Shown: positions 55,721 through 64,000 of the stretch, piece after piece
How the letters are laid out: the number at the start of each line of letters is the position of its first letter
Position numbering within the stretch: position 1 is the stretch's first letter
NCBI GenBank assembly: GCA_031286165.1
Contig: JAITUU010000001.1
Location: 15,189-79,188 of the forward strand
Length of the DNA stretch: 64,000 nucleotides
Direction: 5' to 3'
Origin: Bacteroidales bacterium
Lineage (GTDB): Bacteria > Bacteroidota > Bacteroidia > Bacteroidales > UBA1715
The notes under the pieces: generated by a model
Databases searched by the model: none
The model's input: the letters and a program-made list of their open reading frames with translations, nothing else
What the model was told of the DNA's origin: nothing
Program-made: the position numbers and the translations under genes

Positions 55721-57646
55721 ATGGATTGGACATACACACTTGCCATTATTTTACTGCCCTTAGCCACTTTTTTGACTATCGGCTTACTCGATAAATCAAT
55801 GCCTAATAAACTTGCCGGCGTTCTTGGAACGGCAAGTATAGGCACAGCGTTTTTACTTTCGTGCTACACCGCCTATCAATATTTCTTTGTACATGGCATG
55901 GTAGATGGCGCGTATCAAAAAATTGTAGCCTTCAATATGGAATGGTTGCGTTTTACCGACACACTGCACATCGACTTAGGTGTTATTTTAGACCCTATTT
56001 CAGTAATGATGCTTATGGTTGTAACTACCGTATCGCTCATGGTGCACATTTATAGCAACGGCTATATGCACGGCGAGAGAGGATTTAATAAATTTTTCTC
56101 CTTTCTTTCACTGTTTTCATTCTCTATGTTGGGATTGGTAGTTGCCACCAACTTGTTCCAAATGTATATTTTCTGGGAACTTGTGGGCGTGTCGTCATTT
56201 TTGTTGATTGGGTACTACTACGAAAAACCATCGGCAGTGGCAGCCTCGAAAAAAGCATTTATTACCACGCGCTTTGCCGACTTAGGTTTCTTAATCGGTA
56301 TTTTACTTCTTTCGTGGTACACCGGTACCTTCGATTTCACAGAACTTACGCAAACTACCGCTATTGGCGGACTTGCAATGGCTATGCCTATGGGAACTTC
56401 CTTCTTGGGACTTTCAATCGTAAGTTGGGCGTTGATTTTAATATTTATGGGTGGTGCCGGAAAATCGGCAATGTTTCCGCTGCATATATGGCTGCCCGAT
56501 GCTATGGAAGGTCCTACGCCCGTGTCGGCATTGATTCATGCGGCTACTATGGTGGTAGCAGGTGTGTATTTGGTGGCGCGATTGTTCCCAATTTACGCCA
56601 TAGCCGCACCGGACGCACTTACGGTAGTAATGTGGGTAGGAGCAATTTCTTCACTTTTTGCAGCAATTATAGCCTGTACGCAGTACGATATTAAGCGAGT
56701 GCTTGCTTTTTCTACCATGTCGCAAATCGGCTACATGATGTTGGCACTCGGCGTGTCGCAATACAGCGAAGGAAGCAATCTTGGTTTCACGGCATCAATG
56801 TTCCATTTAACCACACACGCCATGTTCAAAGCACTCTTGTTCTTGGGCGCGGGTTCTATTATTCACGCCGTACACAGCAATAGTATGCTCGATATGGGCG
56901 GATTGCGTAAATATATGCCTATTACCTTTGTAACCTTTGGTATAGCATGGTTGGCTATTTGCGGATTTCCCGGACTTTCGGGATTTTTCTCGAAAGACGA
57001 AATTTTAGTTGCCGCCATGCAGCACAATACACCGGTATTTATTATTGCGGTAATTGTGGCAGGTTTAACAGCCTTCTATATGTCGCGATTGTTTTTTAGT
57101 GTGTTCTTCGGAAAAAATACGCACTATCACCACACACCGCACGAATCGCCAAAAACAATGACGATTCCGCTTATGATTTTAGCATTCTTCGCAGTATTTG
57201 CAGGATACATTCCGTTCAACGAATTTGTAACCTCTACCGGAGAACCTTTTCACTCGCATTTTCATTGGAATGTGGCAATTCCGGTAACGTTGATAGCATT
57301 CATAGGCATGGGAATAGCCTTTGTGCTTTATTACAAAGAAAGTGAAATTCCTACCAAAGTTACCAAAGCACTTTCGTGGGTTTATACCACTATTTTCCAT
57401 AAATTTTATATTGACGAAATTTACTTGTTTGTAACCAAAAAAATTCTTTTTGGCATAGTGGCGCGTTTCATAGCATGGTTCGACCGTCATGTGATAGATG
57501 CCACCATGAATGGTTTTGCCATAGTTACCAACTATGTATCGGTTTCTATAAAAGGTTTGCAATCGGGGCAAATTCAGAAATACGGATTAATCTTCCTTTC
57601 GGGAGCCATATTCTTTGCCTTAGTGTTCATTTATTTATTTGTGTAG
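55721..57646 (+). CDS. nuoL: NADH-quinone oxidoreductase subunit L
   Basis: 641-aa antiporter-like subunit. FWELVGVSSFLLIGYYY and HIWLPDAMEGPTPVSALIHAATMV. Confidence 0.92.
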   Translation: MDWTYTLAIILLPLATFLTIGLLDKSMPNKLAGVLGTASIGTAFLLSCYTAYQYFFVHGMVDGAYQKIVAFNMEWLRFTDTLHIDLGVILDPISVMMLMVVTTVSLMVHIYSNGYMHGERGFNKFFSFLSLFSFSMLGLVVATNLFQMYIFWELVGVSSFLLIGYYYEKPSAVAASKKAFITTRFADLGFLIGILLLSWYTGTFDFTELTQTTAIGGLAMAMPMGTSFLGLSIVSWALILIFMGGAGKSAMFPLHIWLPDAMEGPTPVSALIHAATMVVAGVYLVARLFPIYAIAAPDALTVVMWVGAISSLFAAIIACTQYDIKRVLAFSTMSQIGYMMLALGVSQYSEGSNLGFTASMFHLTTHAMFKALLFLGAGSIIHAVHSNSMLDMGGLRKYMPITFVTFGIAWLAICGFPGLSGFFSKDEILVAAMQHNTPVFIIAVIVAGLTAFYMSRLFFSVFFGKNTHYHHTPHESPKTMTIPLMILAFFAVFAGYIPFNEFVTSTGEPFHSHFHWNVAIPVTLIAFIGMGIAFVLYYKESEIPTKVTKALSWVYTTIFHKFYIDEIYLFVTKKILFGIVARFIAWFDRHVIDATMNGFAIVTNYVSVSIKGLQSGQIQKYGLIFLSGAIFFALVFIYLFV

Positions 57647-57665
57647 TACGAAATAATCAGTTATT

Positions 57666-59171
57666 ATGGATATATTAAGTTTATTTGTTGTAGTTCCAAT
57701 TCTTACCATAGTTGGAATATTATTTACAAAAGGATTGAAAGGCACGCGCGTAGTTGCTGCTGTGGGTATGGGAGTGCAGTTGCTAATGGCGTTCAATTTA
57801 TTGTTCCGTTATTTTGCCGAACGCCGTGCGGGAAACACTGCCGAAATGGTGTTTCAAAAAGCCTACACATGGTTTCCAAGTTTCAATATTCAGTATGCAA
57901 TAGGGGTGGACGGTATTGCCGTTGCCATGATTTTGCTTACGTCTATTGTGGTATTTGCAGGAATTTTCTCTTCGTGGAAAACCGAAGACTTACCCCGTGA
58001 ATTTTTCATTTCACTCATTTTGTTGGCATCGGGAGTATTCGGATTTTTTATTTCCATAGATTTATTTACCATGTTCCTATTCTACGAACTTGCGGTAATT
58101 CCTATGTATTTGCTCATAGGACTATGGGGGAGCGGCAATAAAGAATATTCTGCCATGAAACTTACGCTGATGCTTATGGGCGGTTCGGCACTTTTGATTT
58201 TAGGACTTTTGGGCTTGTATTTCAATTCTGCTCCCAATGGCGGCGAACTCACATTCAATATTTTGGAAATTGCAAAAGTTTCAATTCCGCACAATGTGCA
58301 AATGTTCTTCTTCCCTTTCTTATTCGTAGGTTTTGGGGTGTTGGGTGCATTATTTCCTTTCCACACATGGTCGCCCGATGGTCATGCTTCGGCACCTACT
58401 GCGGTTTCTATGCTCCATGCCGGCGTACTCATGAAATTGGGCGGTTACGGCTGTTTCCGCGTGGCAATGTATTTATTGCCCGATGCCGCACAGCAAATGG
58501 GCTGGATTTTCTTAATTCTCACCACTATTAGTATAGTATATGGAGCCTTTGGTGCTATTGCACAAAAAGATTTGAAATACATCAATGCCTATTCTTCGGT
58601 TTCTCATTGCGGTATGGTAATTTTTGCCTTACTTATGATGAATAAAACCGCTATGGACGGAGCAATTTTACAAATGATTTCTCACGGTTTGATGACAGCC
58701 CTTTTCTTTGCCTTGATAGGTATGATTTATGGACGTACACACACACGAAATATTTACGAAATGGGTGGTTTAATGCGTATTATGCCATTTATAGCCGTTG
58801 CTTACGTTATTGCCGGTTTGGCATCTCTCGGACTTCCGGGTTTGAGCGGTTTCGTAGCCGAAATGACTATTTTTGTGGGTTCCTTCCAACATCAAGATGT
58901 GTTTCACCGCGTGTGTACCATTTTGGCGTGTTCGGCTATTGTGGTAACGGCGGTATATATTCTCCGCGTGGTGGGAATTTTACTTTTCGGACCGGTGCGC
59001 AATAAAGAATTTGAAACACTGCCCGATGCCCGCTGGTACGAAAAAATTTCTATGGTAACACTGATTCTTGCAATCGTGGCAATAGGGGTGGCTCCACTCT
59101 GGTTATCGGATATGATACGCGAAAGTCTTACGCCAATAGTTACAAAATTAACTGCGGCAGCAATAAACTAA
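57666..59171 (+). CDS. nuoM: NADH-quinone oxidoreductase subunit M
   Basis: 501-aa antiporter-like subunit. FPFHTWSPDGHASAPTAVSMLHAGVLMKLGGYG. Confidence 0.9.
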   Translation: MDILSLFVVVPILTIVGILFTKGLKGTRVVAAVGMGVQLLMAFNLLFRYFAERRAGNTAEMVFQKAYTWFPSFNIQYAIGVDGIAVAMILLTSIVVFAGIFSSWKTEDLPREFFISLILLASGVFGFFISIDLFTMFLFYELAVIPMYLLIGLWGSGNKEYSAMKLTLMLMGGSALLILGLLGLYFNSAPNGGELTFNILEIAKVSIPHNVQMFFFPFLFVGFGVLGALFPFHTWSPDGHASAPTAVSMLHAGVLMKLGGYGCFRVAMYLLPDAAQQMGWIFLILTTISIVYGAFGAIAQKDLKYINAYSSVSHCGMVIFALLMMNKTAMDGAILQMISHGLMTALFFALIGMIYGRTHTRNIYEMGGLMRIMPFIAVAYVIAGLASLGLPGLSGFVAEMTIFVGSFQHQDVFHRVCTILACSAIVVTAVYILRVVGILLFGPVRNKEFETLPDARWYEKISMVTLILAIVAIGVAPLWLSDMIRESLTPIVTKLTAAAIN

Positions 59172-59200
59172 TATAAACTGACAGTAAAAAATCTACGTAT

Positions 59201-60643
59201 ATGAATCTACAATCTTTTTTATTAATGCGACACGAATTGGTGCTTATAGCAATCACGCTTATAGTGCTTATTGCCGAACTTGCAACCTCCGATTCTCGAA
59301 AATCAATCATTGCACCGCTTGCACTCTGTCTTTTTGCAGTACACACCATTATAGGATTTCTTCCTATGGAATATGGTTCGCTCTTTGGCGGAATGTTCAA
59401 TTCCACACCTATCAATGGTATGGTGAAAAATATTCTCAACATTGGTGTTTTGATAGTGCTTTTGCAAGCGCAAAAAATGTTCGATTCAGAAATCAATCGC
59501 GGCAAAGTGAGTGAATATTTTATCGTGTTATTTTCAACCCTTATAGGAATGTTCTACATGGTGTCTGCCGGCGATTTCCTGATGTTCTACATAGGGCTTG
59601 AAATTGCAACAATTCCTTTGGCGGCTCTTGCAGCCTTCAATCGTGGTGAAAATAAATCGGCAGAGGCGGGGATTAAATTATTGCTTTCTTCGGCACTTTC
59701 TTCGGGTGTATTGCTCTATGGCTTATCTATGCTTTATGCGGCAAACGGTTCGCTCTTTTTCGATGCTCTCATTCATGGAAACTACGAAATTACCCACTTA
59801 CACACTCTCGCGCTCATTTTCTTCTTTGCGGGTATGGCATTCAAACTTTCACTTGTGCCTTTCCATTTGTGGGCTGCCGATGTGTATGAGGGTGCGCCGG
59901 TGAACGTAACATCGTATTTATCGGTAATTTCAAAAGGTGCTGCGGCATTTATTTTTACCGTAGTGCTTTATACCGTGTTCCACAATTACGCCGATAAATG
60001 GCAACCAATGATGTACATTATTGCTATTCTCACTATGATTGTGGGCAATTTATTTGCACTTCGTCAAAACAATTTGAAACGATTTTTGGCATTTTCGTCT
60101 ATAGCACAAGCCGGATTTTTACTCTTGGGTATTATTTCGGGAACGGCTATGGGTATGGCTACGGTGGTGTATTACATTTTGGTATATGTATTTTCTAATT
60201 TGGCAGCCTTCGGCGTGATTTCAATTATAGAAATGCACACAGGAAAAACTACCATTAGCGATTTGAATGGAATGTATCGTACCAATCCAAAATTGAGTTT
60301 AGCACTTATGCTTGCACTCTTTTCACTTGCAGGTATTCCGCCGGTGGCAGGCTTCTTCGGTAAATTCTTCTTATTTACCGCTGCGGCAAGCGTGGGTACT
60401 ACGGCAAATTATATTTTGGTATTAATAGCATTGCTCAACACTATTATTTCACTCTATTACTATTTAATGCCGGTGAAAGCAATGTTTATCAATAAAAACG
60501 ACAGCCCTATTGCTTATTTCAAAAGTGATGTGTATGCAAAAATCGGCTTGGCAATCAGCCTTACCGGTATGGTGGTAGTGGGTTTTGCATCGCCAATTTT
60601 CGAGAATATTTTAGCGGCTTGTTTCGGAATAGTAGGATTATAA
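59201..60643 (+). CDS. nuoN: NADH-quinone oxidoreductase subunit N
   Basis: 480-aa antiporter-like subunit. VPFHLWAADVYEGAPVNVTSYLSVISK. Last canonical nuo gene. Confidence 0.9.
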   Translation: MNLQSFLLMRHELVLIAITLIVLIAELATSDSRKSIIAPLALCLFAVHTIIGFLPMEYGSLFGGMFNSTPINGMVKNILNIGVLIVLLQAQKMFDSEINRGKVSEYFIVLFSTLIGMFYMVSAGDFLMFYIGLEIATIPLAALAAFNRGENKSAEAGIKLLLSSALSSGVLLYGLSMLYAANGSLFFDALIHGNYEITHLHTLALIFFFAGMAFKLSLVPFHLWAADVYEGAPVNVTSYLSVISKGAAAFIFTVVLYTVFHNYADKWQPMMYIIAILTMIVGNLFALRQNNLKRFLAFSSIAQAGFLLLGIISGTAMGMATVVYYILVYVFSNLAAFGVISIIEMHTGKTTISDLNGMYRTNPKLSLALMLALFSLAGIPPVAGFFGKFFLFTAAASVGTTANYILVLIALLNTIISLYYYLMPVKAMFINKNDSPIAYFKSDVYAKIGLAISLTGMVVVGFASPIFENILAACFGIVGL

Positions 60644-60655
60644 TAAGGAGGAATT

Positions 60656-60994
60656 ATGGCTATAACAAACGGAAAACATATAGTAAAAGAATTTGACGGT
60701 GTAAATTGCACTGTGGTAGAAGAAGGCGTGGCGCAAGCACGAGTGGATTTTTTAAAATCATTATTGGAATTTAACAAATTCACGGTAAAAGTGCAGGCAG
60801 ATGAAACTGGAAACTTTGCTGTGGGAGTAACCGATGTAACGTTTAACCCCACCATTGCAGTATATGACAAAAGTTTATATACCCGCACGGGGCACATTGT
60901 AACACCCAATATTTGGAATCAAAAAACCAGAAACCTTCACATTCCCTATTGGACAGAAGGATTTTCGGTGGCGCACTATTATGAGAAAAAATAA
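60656..60994 (+). CDS. hypothetical protein co-oriented with and 12 nt after nuoN
   Basis: 112-aa ORF preceded by a strong SD-like AAGGAGG (60645-60651) and followed by a terminator. No family recognised. Confidence 0.55.
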   Translation: MAITNGKHIVKEFDGVNCTVVEEGVAQARVDFLKSLLEFNKFTVKVQADETGNFAVGVTDVTFNPTIAVYDKSLYTRTGHIVTPNIWNQKTRNLHIPYWTEGFSVAHYYEKK

Positions 60995-61003
60995 GTACAA
61001 AAA

Positions 61004-61028
61004 AGCCCACTTTTTGGTGGGCTTTTTT
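61004..61028. terminator. bidirectional intrinsic terminator (nuo operon / nadC)
   Basis: AGCCCAC-TTTTTG-GTGGGCT followed by a T-run, with an A-run upstream. Confidence 0.8.
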
Positions 61029-61030
61029 GT

Positions 61031-61876
61031 TTAGTATGCTTTCAAACTCAAATCCAAACTGCGGATTTGGTGCGTAAGTGCACCGATTGAAATAAAATCA
61101 ACGCCCGATTCGGCGTAGGCACGAATGCTTTCTTTGGTAATGCCGCCCGAAGATTCGGTTTGCACTTTGCCGTTTATTAACGCAATAGCCTCTTTGGTTT
61201 CTTCGGGAGTAAAGTTATCTATCAAAATGCGCAGAATACCATCGAATTGCAGAATTTCGCGAATATCACCAAGCGTGCGAGCCTCCACCACAATTTCCAA
61301 ATTCTTATTGTTCTGTTTTAAATAGTCTTTTGTTTTGGTAATGGCAGCCGTTACGCCGCCGGCAAAATCTATGTGATTATCTTTTATCAAAATCATATCG
61401 TATAGCCCTATGCGGTGATTCAATCCGCCGCCCATACGCACTGCGTATTTTTCGAGCAAACGCATGCCGGGCGTGGTTTTGCGCGTATCTAAAATGCGCG
61501 TATTGGTGCCTTCAAGTAGTTTTACGTATTCATTGGTTTGTGTGGCTATGCCGCTCAATCGCTGCATAAAATTGAGTAACAACCGCTCGGTTTGCAGTAT
61601 GGAAATAGATTTCCCGCTCACGGTAAACACCACATCGCCTTTGTGAATGGGAGTGCCATCGGCTATAAGAACTTCCATGTGCAACGTAGGGTCGAATTTT
61701 TGAAACACTTTTCGTGCTACTTCCACACCGCATAGTATGCCGTCTTCTTTCACAAGCAATCGTGCACGCCCTTGTAAATTGTGAGGAATGCACGAAAGAG
61801 TAGTGTGATCGCCATCGCCTATATCTTCGCGAAGGGCTATGTTGATTAACTCATCAACTAAGGGATTATCAATCAT
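61031..61876 (-). CDS. nadC: nicotinate-nucleotide pyrophosphorylase (carboxylating)
   Basis: 281 aa. ILDTRKTTPGMRLLEKYAVRMGGGLNHRIGLYDMILIKDNHI is typical of QPRTase. Confidence 0.9.
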   Translation of the reverse strand: MIDNPLVDELINIALREDIGDGDHTTLSCIPHNLQGRARLLVKEDGILCGVEVARKVFQKFDPTLHMEVLIADGTPIHKGDVVFTVSGKSISILQTERLLLNFMQRLSGIATQTNEYVKLLEGTNTRILDTRKTTPGMRLLEKYAVRMGGGLNHRIGLYDMILIKDNHIDFAGGVTAAITKTKDYLKQNNKNLEIVVEARTLGDIREILQFDGILRILIDNFTPEETKEAIALINGKVQTESSGGITKESIRAYAESGVDFISIGALTHQIRSLDLSLKAY

Positions 61877-62243
61877 TTTCTATTCGTATTTTTTGTATTA
61901 TTGGTTTTGAATTGATTTGTTTCATAAGAAAATACACGCGATACGATTTTGATGCGCTTTGCATCTGTGCAATCAAATTTTTGGCACTTTCGTTGCCGGT
62001 AGCGTGTACAATTTTAAACTCTTTTACCGCATTGTCGTTGATAAATTTTTGCAAAATCACTTTTGCTTGCGCTTTACTATACACGCCTTCGGTGTTGCCC
62101 ACCGTTAAGTCCACATTGTCGCCCAAATATGCCGACAAACATTCTGCATTGTTTGTTTTAAAACAGTTGATAATTTCTTGCTGTTGTGCCATTGCGCCGA
62201 TGCTGCTTAGCGCGAAAGTGATGGCAATAAGTAGTGTTTTCAT
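61869..62243 (-). CDS. DUF4783 domain protein
   Basis: Signal peptide plus a small alpha+beta domain, overlapping the nadC start by 8 nt. The pairing with nadC is common in Bacteroidota, as I recall it. Confidence 0.6.
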   Translation of the reverse strand: MKTLLIAITFALSSIGAMAQQQEIINCFKTNNAECLSAYLGDNVDLTVGNTEGVYSKAQAKVILQKFINDNAVKEFKIVHATGNESAKNLIAQMQSASKSYRVYFLMKQINSKPIIQKIRIEND

Positions 62244-62339
62244 AATTTCTTGGTTTTACGTTTTGTTTATAACTCGTAAATATACACATAAAGTATGAAA
62301 TAGCGCATAAATTACGGTATATTTTTTCTATGGCAATTT

Positions 62340-63029
62340 TTATGCCAAACGTATAAACTGCTCGCGAACTCTTTCGCTGAGTGCTTGTGTATCACTTTCT
62401 TGCAAGTTGTTTGTTTCTATTGGTGGGCAAAAATACACCGTAACCGTAGTGGGGCGAAAGGTTATATTGTTACGTGCCCATGCTTTGGCAGAATTTTCAA
62501 TAATTACGGGCACTATGGGCGTTTGCGATTGAATCGCCATTTTAAAACCACCTTTTTTGAAGGCACCGAGTTTGCCGGTTTTTGTGCGCGTACCTTCGGG
62601 AAAAATTGCAATATCTTTACCCGATTGTATGGTTTCTATGGCTTTGCGCATACTTGCTGCCGAGCGTTGCGCATTTGAGCGGTCTATAAATATAATTTGC
62701 AATTTGCGCAACATATAGCCGGTGAAAAATTGTTTCCCAAGTTCTTGTTTTGCAATAAAATGCAGGCGGCGTTTGGTGGCATAAAACAGGCAGGCAATGT
62801 CGAAATACGAAGAATGATTTGCCATGAACACATAGTGCTGTTTTGGGTCAAGGTTTTCCAAACCTTCGATTTTGATTTTCGAGAATAAAATTCGCGCACA
62901 ACCGCCAGCCCACCAATGCGTGGTAATATACCATGCGCCATTGTAATTCAAAAACGGAGCGCAGATATATACAATAAAAATTGTCCACAGTGCAAGAAAA
63001 ATAAGTTGAATTATGTTGAGAATTATCAT
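62340..63029 (-). CDS. plsC: 1-acyl-sn-glycerol-3-phosphate acyltransferase
   Basis: HxxxxD motif (ANHSSYFD) and FPEGTRT, with an N-terminal TM helix. Confidence 0.8.
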   Translation of the reverse strand: MIILNIIQLIFLALWTIFIVYICAPFLNYNGAWYITTHWWAGGCARILFSKIKIEGLENLDPKQHYVFMANHSSYFDIACLFYATKRRLHFIAKQELGKQFFTGYMLRKLQIIFIDRSNAQRSAASMRKAIETIQSGKDIAIFPEGTRTKTGKLGAFKKGGFKMAIQSQTPIVPVIIENSAKAWARNNITFRPTTVTVYFCPPIETNNLQESDTQALSERVREQFIRLA

Positions 63030-63072
63030 AAAGCGTTCGATTTTTTATACTTTTGGCAAAAATACACAAATA

Positions 63073-63786
63073 ATGGCTCTGTCAAAAAAATACGGAAAAA
63101 TTTATCTTCTTCCCTGCGAAATGGGTGAACAAGATTCTTCGCGCTTATTTCCGGCGTTCAATGCCGAAATAGCAGCTTCGGTAACGTATTTTATAGTAGA
63201 ACAAATTCGTTCGGCGCGGCGGAGTTTAAAAAAAATCAATCCTGCCATTGTGATTGATAATGTGCACTTTGCGGAATTGAATAAACACGCCGAAACGATA
63301 GATATAGATACCTTACTGCAACCGGTACTTTCCGGACACAATATGGCAATTATGAGCGAAGCCGGAATGCCCTGCATAGCCGACCCCGGTGCTGTGGTGG
63401 TAAATCGTGCACACGAATTGGGCGTGCACGTGGTGCCGCTGGTGGGTCCGAGTTCTATTCTTATGGCTCTTGTGGCATCGGGCGGAAATGGGCAAAATTT
63501 TGCCTTTCACGGCTATGTGCCCATGAAAGATGAACGTAAGCAGTTTTTACAACGCATAGAACAACGCGCAAAACGCGAAGGACAATCGCAGATTTTTATG
63601 GAAACACCCTATCGCAACGCGCAGTTATTTTCGGAAATACTACAACTATTGCAACCTTCCACCAAACTATGTGTAGCCTGCAATATTTCCTGCGAAGATG
63701 AATATATAGCCACCAAAACCATAGCCGAATGGCGAAAAACTATCATTGATATTGCTAAAAAACCTACTATGTTTGTGGTGATATAA
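63073..63786 (+). CDS. SAM-dependent methyltransferase, tetrapyrrole-methylase fold (RsmI/YraL-like)
   Basis: MSEAGMPCIADPGAVVV, VPLVGPSSILMAL and FMETPYR are typical of the RsmI-like family. ATG at 63073. Confidence 0.7.
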   Translation: MALSKKYGKIYLLPCEMGEQDSSRLFPAFNAEIAASVTYFIVEQIRSARRSLKKINPAIVIDNVHFAELNKHAETIDIDTLLQPVLSGHNMAIMSEAGMPCIADPGAVVVNRAHELGVHVVPLVGPSSILMALVASGGNGQNFAFHGYVPMKDERKQFLQRIEQRAKREGQSQIFMETPYRNAQLFSEILQLLQPSTKLCVACNISCEDEYIATKTIAEWRKTIIDIAKKPTMFVVI

Positions 63787-63816
63787 CAAAAAAAGTACAG
63801 ATTTTTCAATCCATAC

Positions 63817-63847
63817 TTTTTCAACTTTTCAATTTTTCGATTCTCGA
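63817..63847. repeat. degenerate tandem 7-8-mer array (TTTTCRA-like; complement TYGAAAA)
   Basis: tttttcaa cttttcaa tttttcga ttctcga read directly between convergent genes. Confidence 0.6.
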
Positions 63848-63854
63848 TTAATTA

Positions 63855-64000
63855 CTATGCACCAAGATTTTTGTCGATTTCTGCAAGAATTTCGTCAAAG
63901 TCTATCGGTTTTTGTATGTATGATTTTACGCCCAATGCGTGAGCCTCTTCTATCAATTTTGTTTCTCTATTTGCCGATACCATAATAATAGGAATTTTCA
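63855..64000 (-). CDS. response-regulator receiver domain, C-terminal end (5' part outside window)
   Basis: Minus-strand translation is KIPIIMVSANRETKLIEEAHALGVKSYIQKPIDFDEILAEIDKNLGA*, the beta4-alpha4-beta5 region with the conserved K-P. Confidence 0.75.
   Translation of the reverse strand, partial: KIPIIMVSANRETKLIEEAHALGVKSYIQKPIDFDEILAEIDKNLGA

Noticed and set aside
1-64000. tRNA, rRNA, tmRNA, CRISPR arrays, transposase or integrase genes
   Set aside because: Reading both strands, I found no cloverleaf-like conserved tRNA arms, no rRNA-like stretches, no regularly spaced repeats of 24 nt or more, and no transposase or integrase motifs. Confidence is limited because no covariance-model scan was run.

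Overview
This looks like a chromosomal segment of a Bacteroidota-type genome. That assignment is an inference from a PorP/SprF T9SS gene, a DapL-type aminotransferase, an 11-gene nuoABCDHIJKLMN operon without nuoEFG, and recurring TAnnTTTG -7 promoter boxes. All calls rest on motifs read in the ORF-track translations and on reading the DNA; no searches were run. I see about 60 protein genes and no rRNA, tRNA or CRISPR array.

Most of the window is housekeeping:
- truA, purE, prfB (with its +1 frameshift) and bioF
- korAB and thrS-infC-rpmI-rplT
- nadD, a marR-type regulator gene, mgtA, leuC, dapL and guaA
- carAB, folD, lon, the nuo operon, nadC and plsC

Non-routine content, in rough order of interest:
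1. An AT-rich single-gene island between guaA and carB (37573-40536) encodes a 987-aa protein. It has an N-terminal beta-rich, possibly sensor-like region, an Upf1/DNA2-like SF1 helicase core and a C-terminal Vsr/DUF559-like nuclease. Decayed gene remnants and a 3x tandem repeat flank it. This is my best candidate for an uncharacterised defence function.
2. Two paralogous ~140-nt leaders precede mgtA and the downstream porin-like gene. Each has a short MNxxPYPS uORF whose stop codon lies in a hairpin arm, and that arm is repeated at the downstream ribosome-binding site.
3. A shared palindromic operator is fused to the -7 box of both the marR-type gene and mgtA.
4. A GC-rich double-hairpin element is inserted in frame in the carB inter-domain linker.
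5. A ~680-bp AT-rich insertion of decayed gene fragments splits nuoC from nuoD.
6. A family of TTGARAG heptamer tandem arrays, plus other 7-8-nt arrays, occurs in intergenic DNA.
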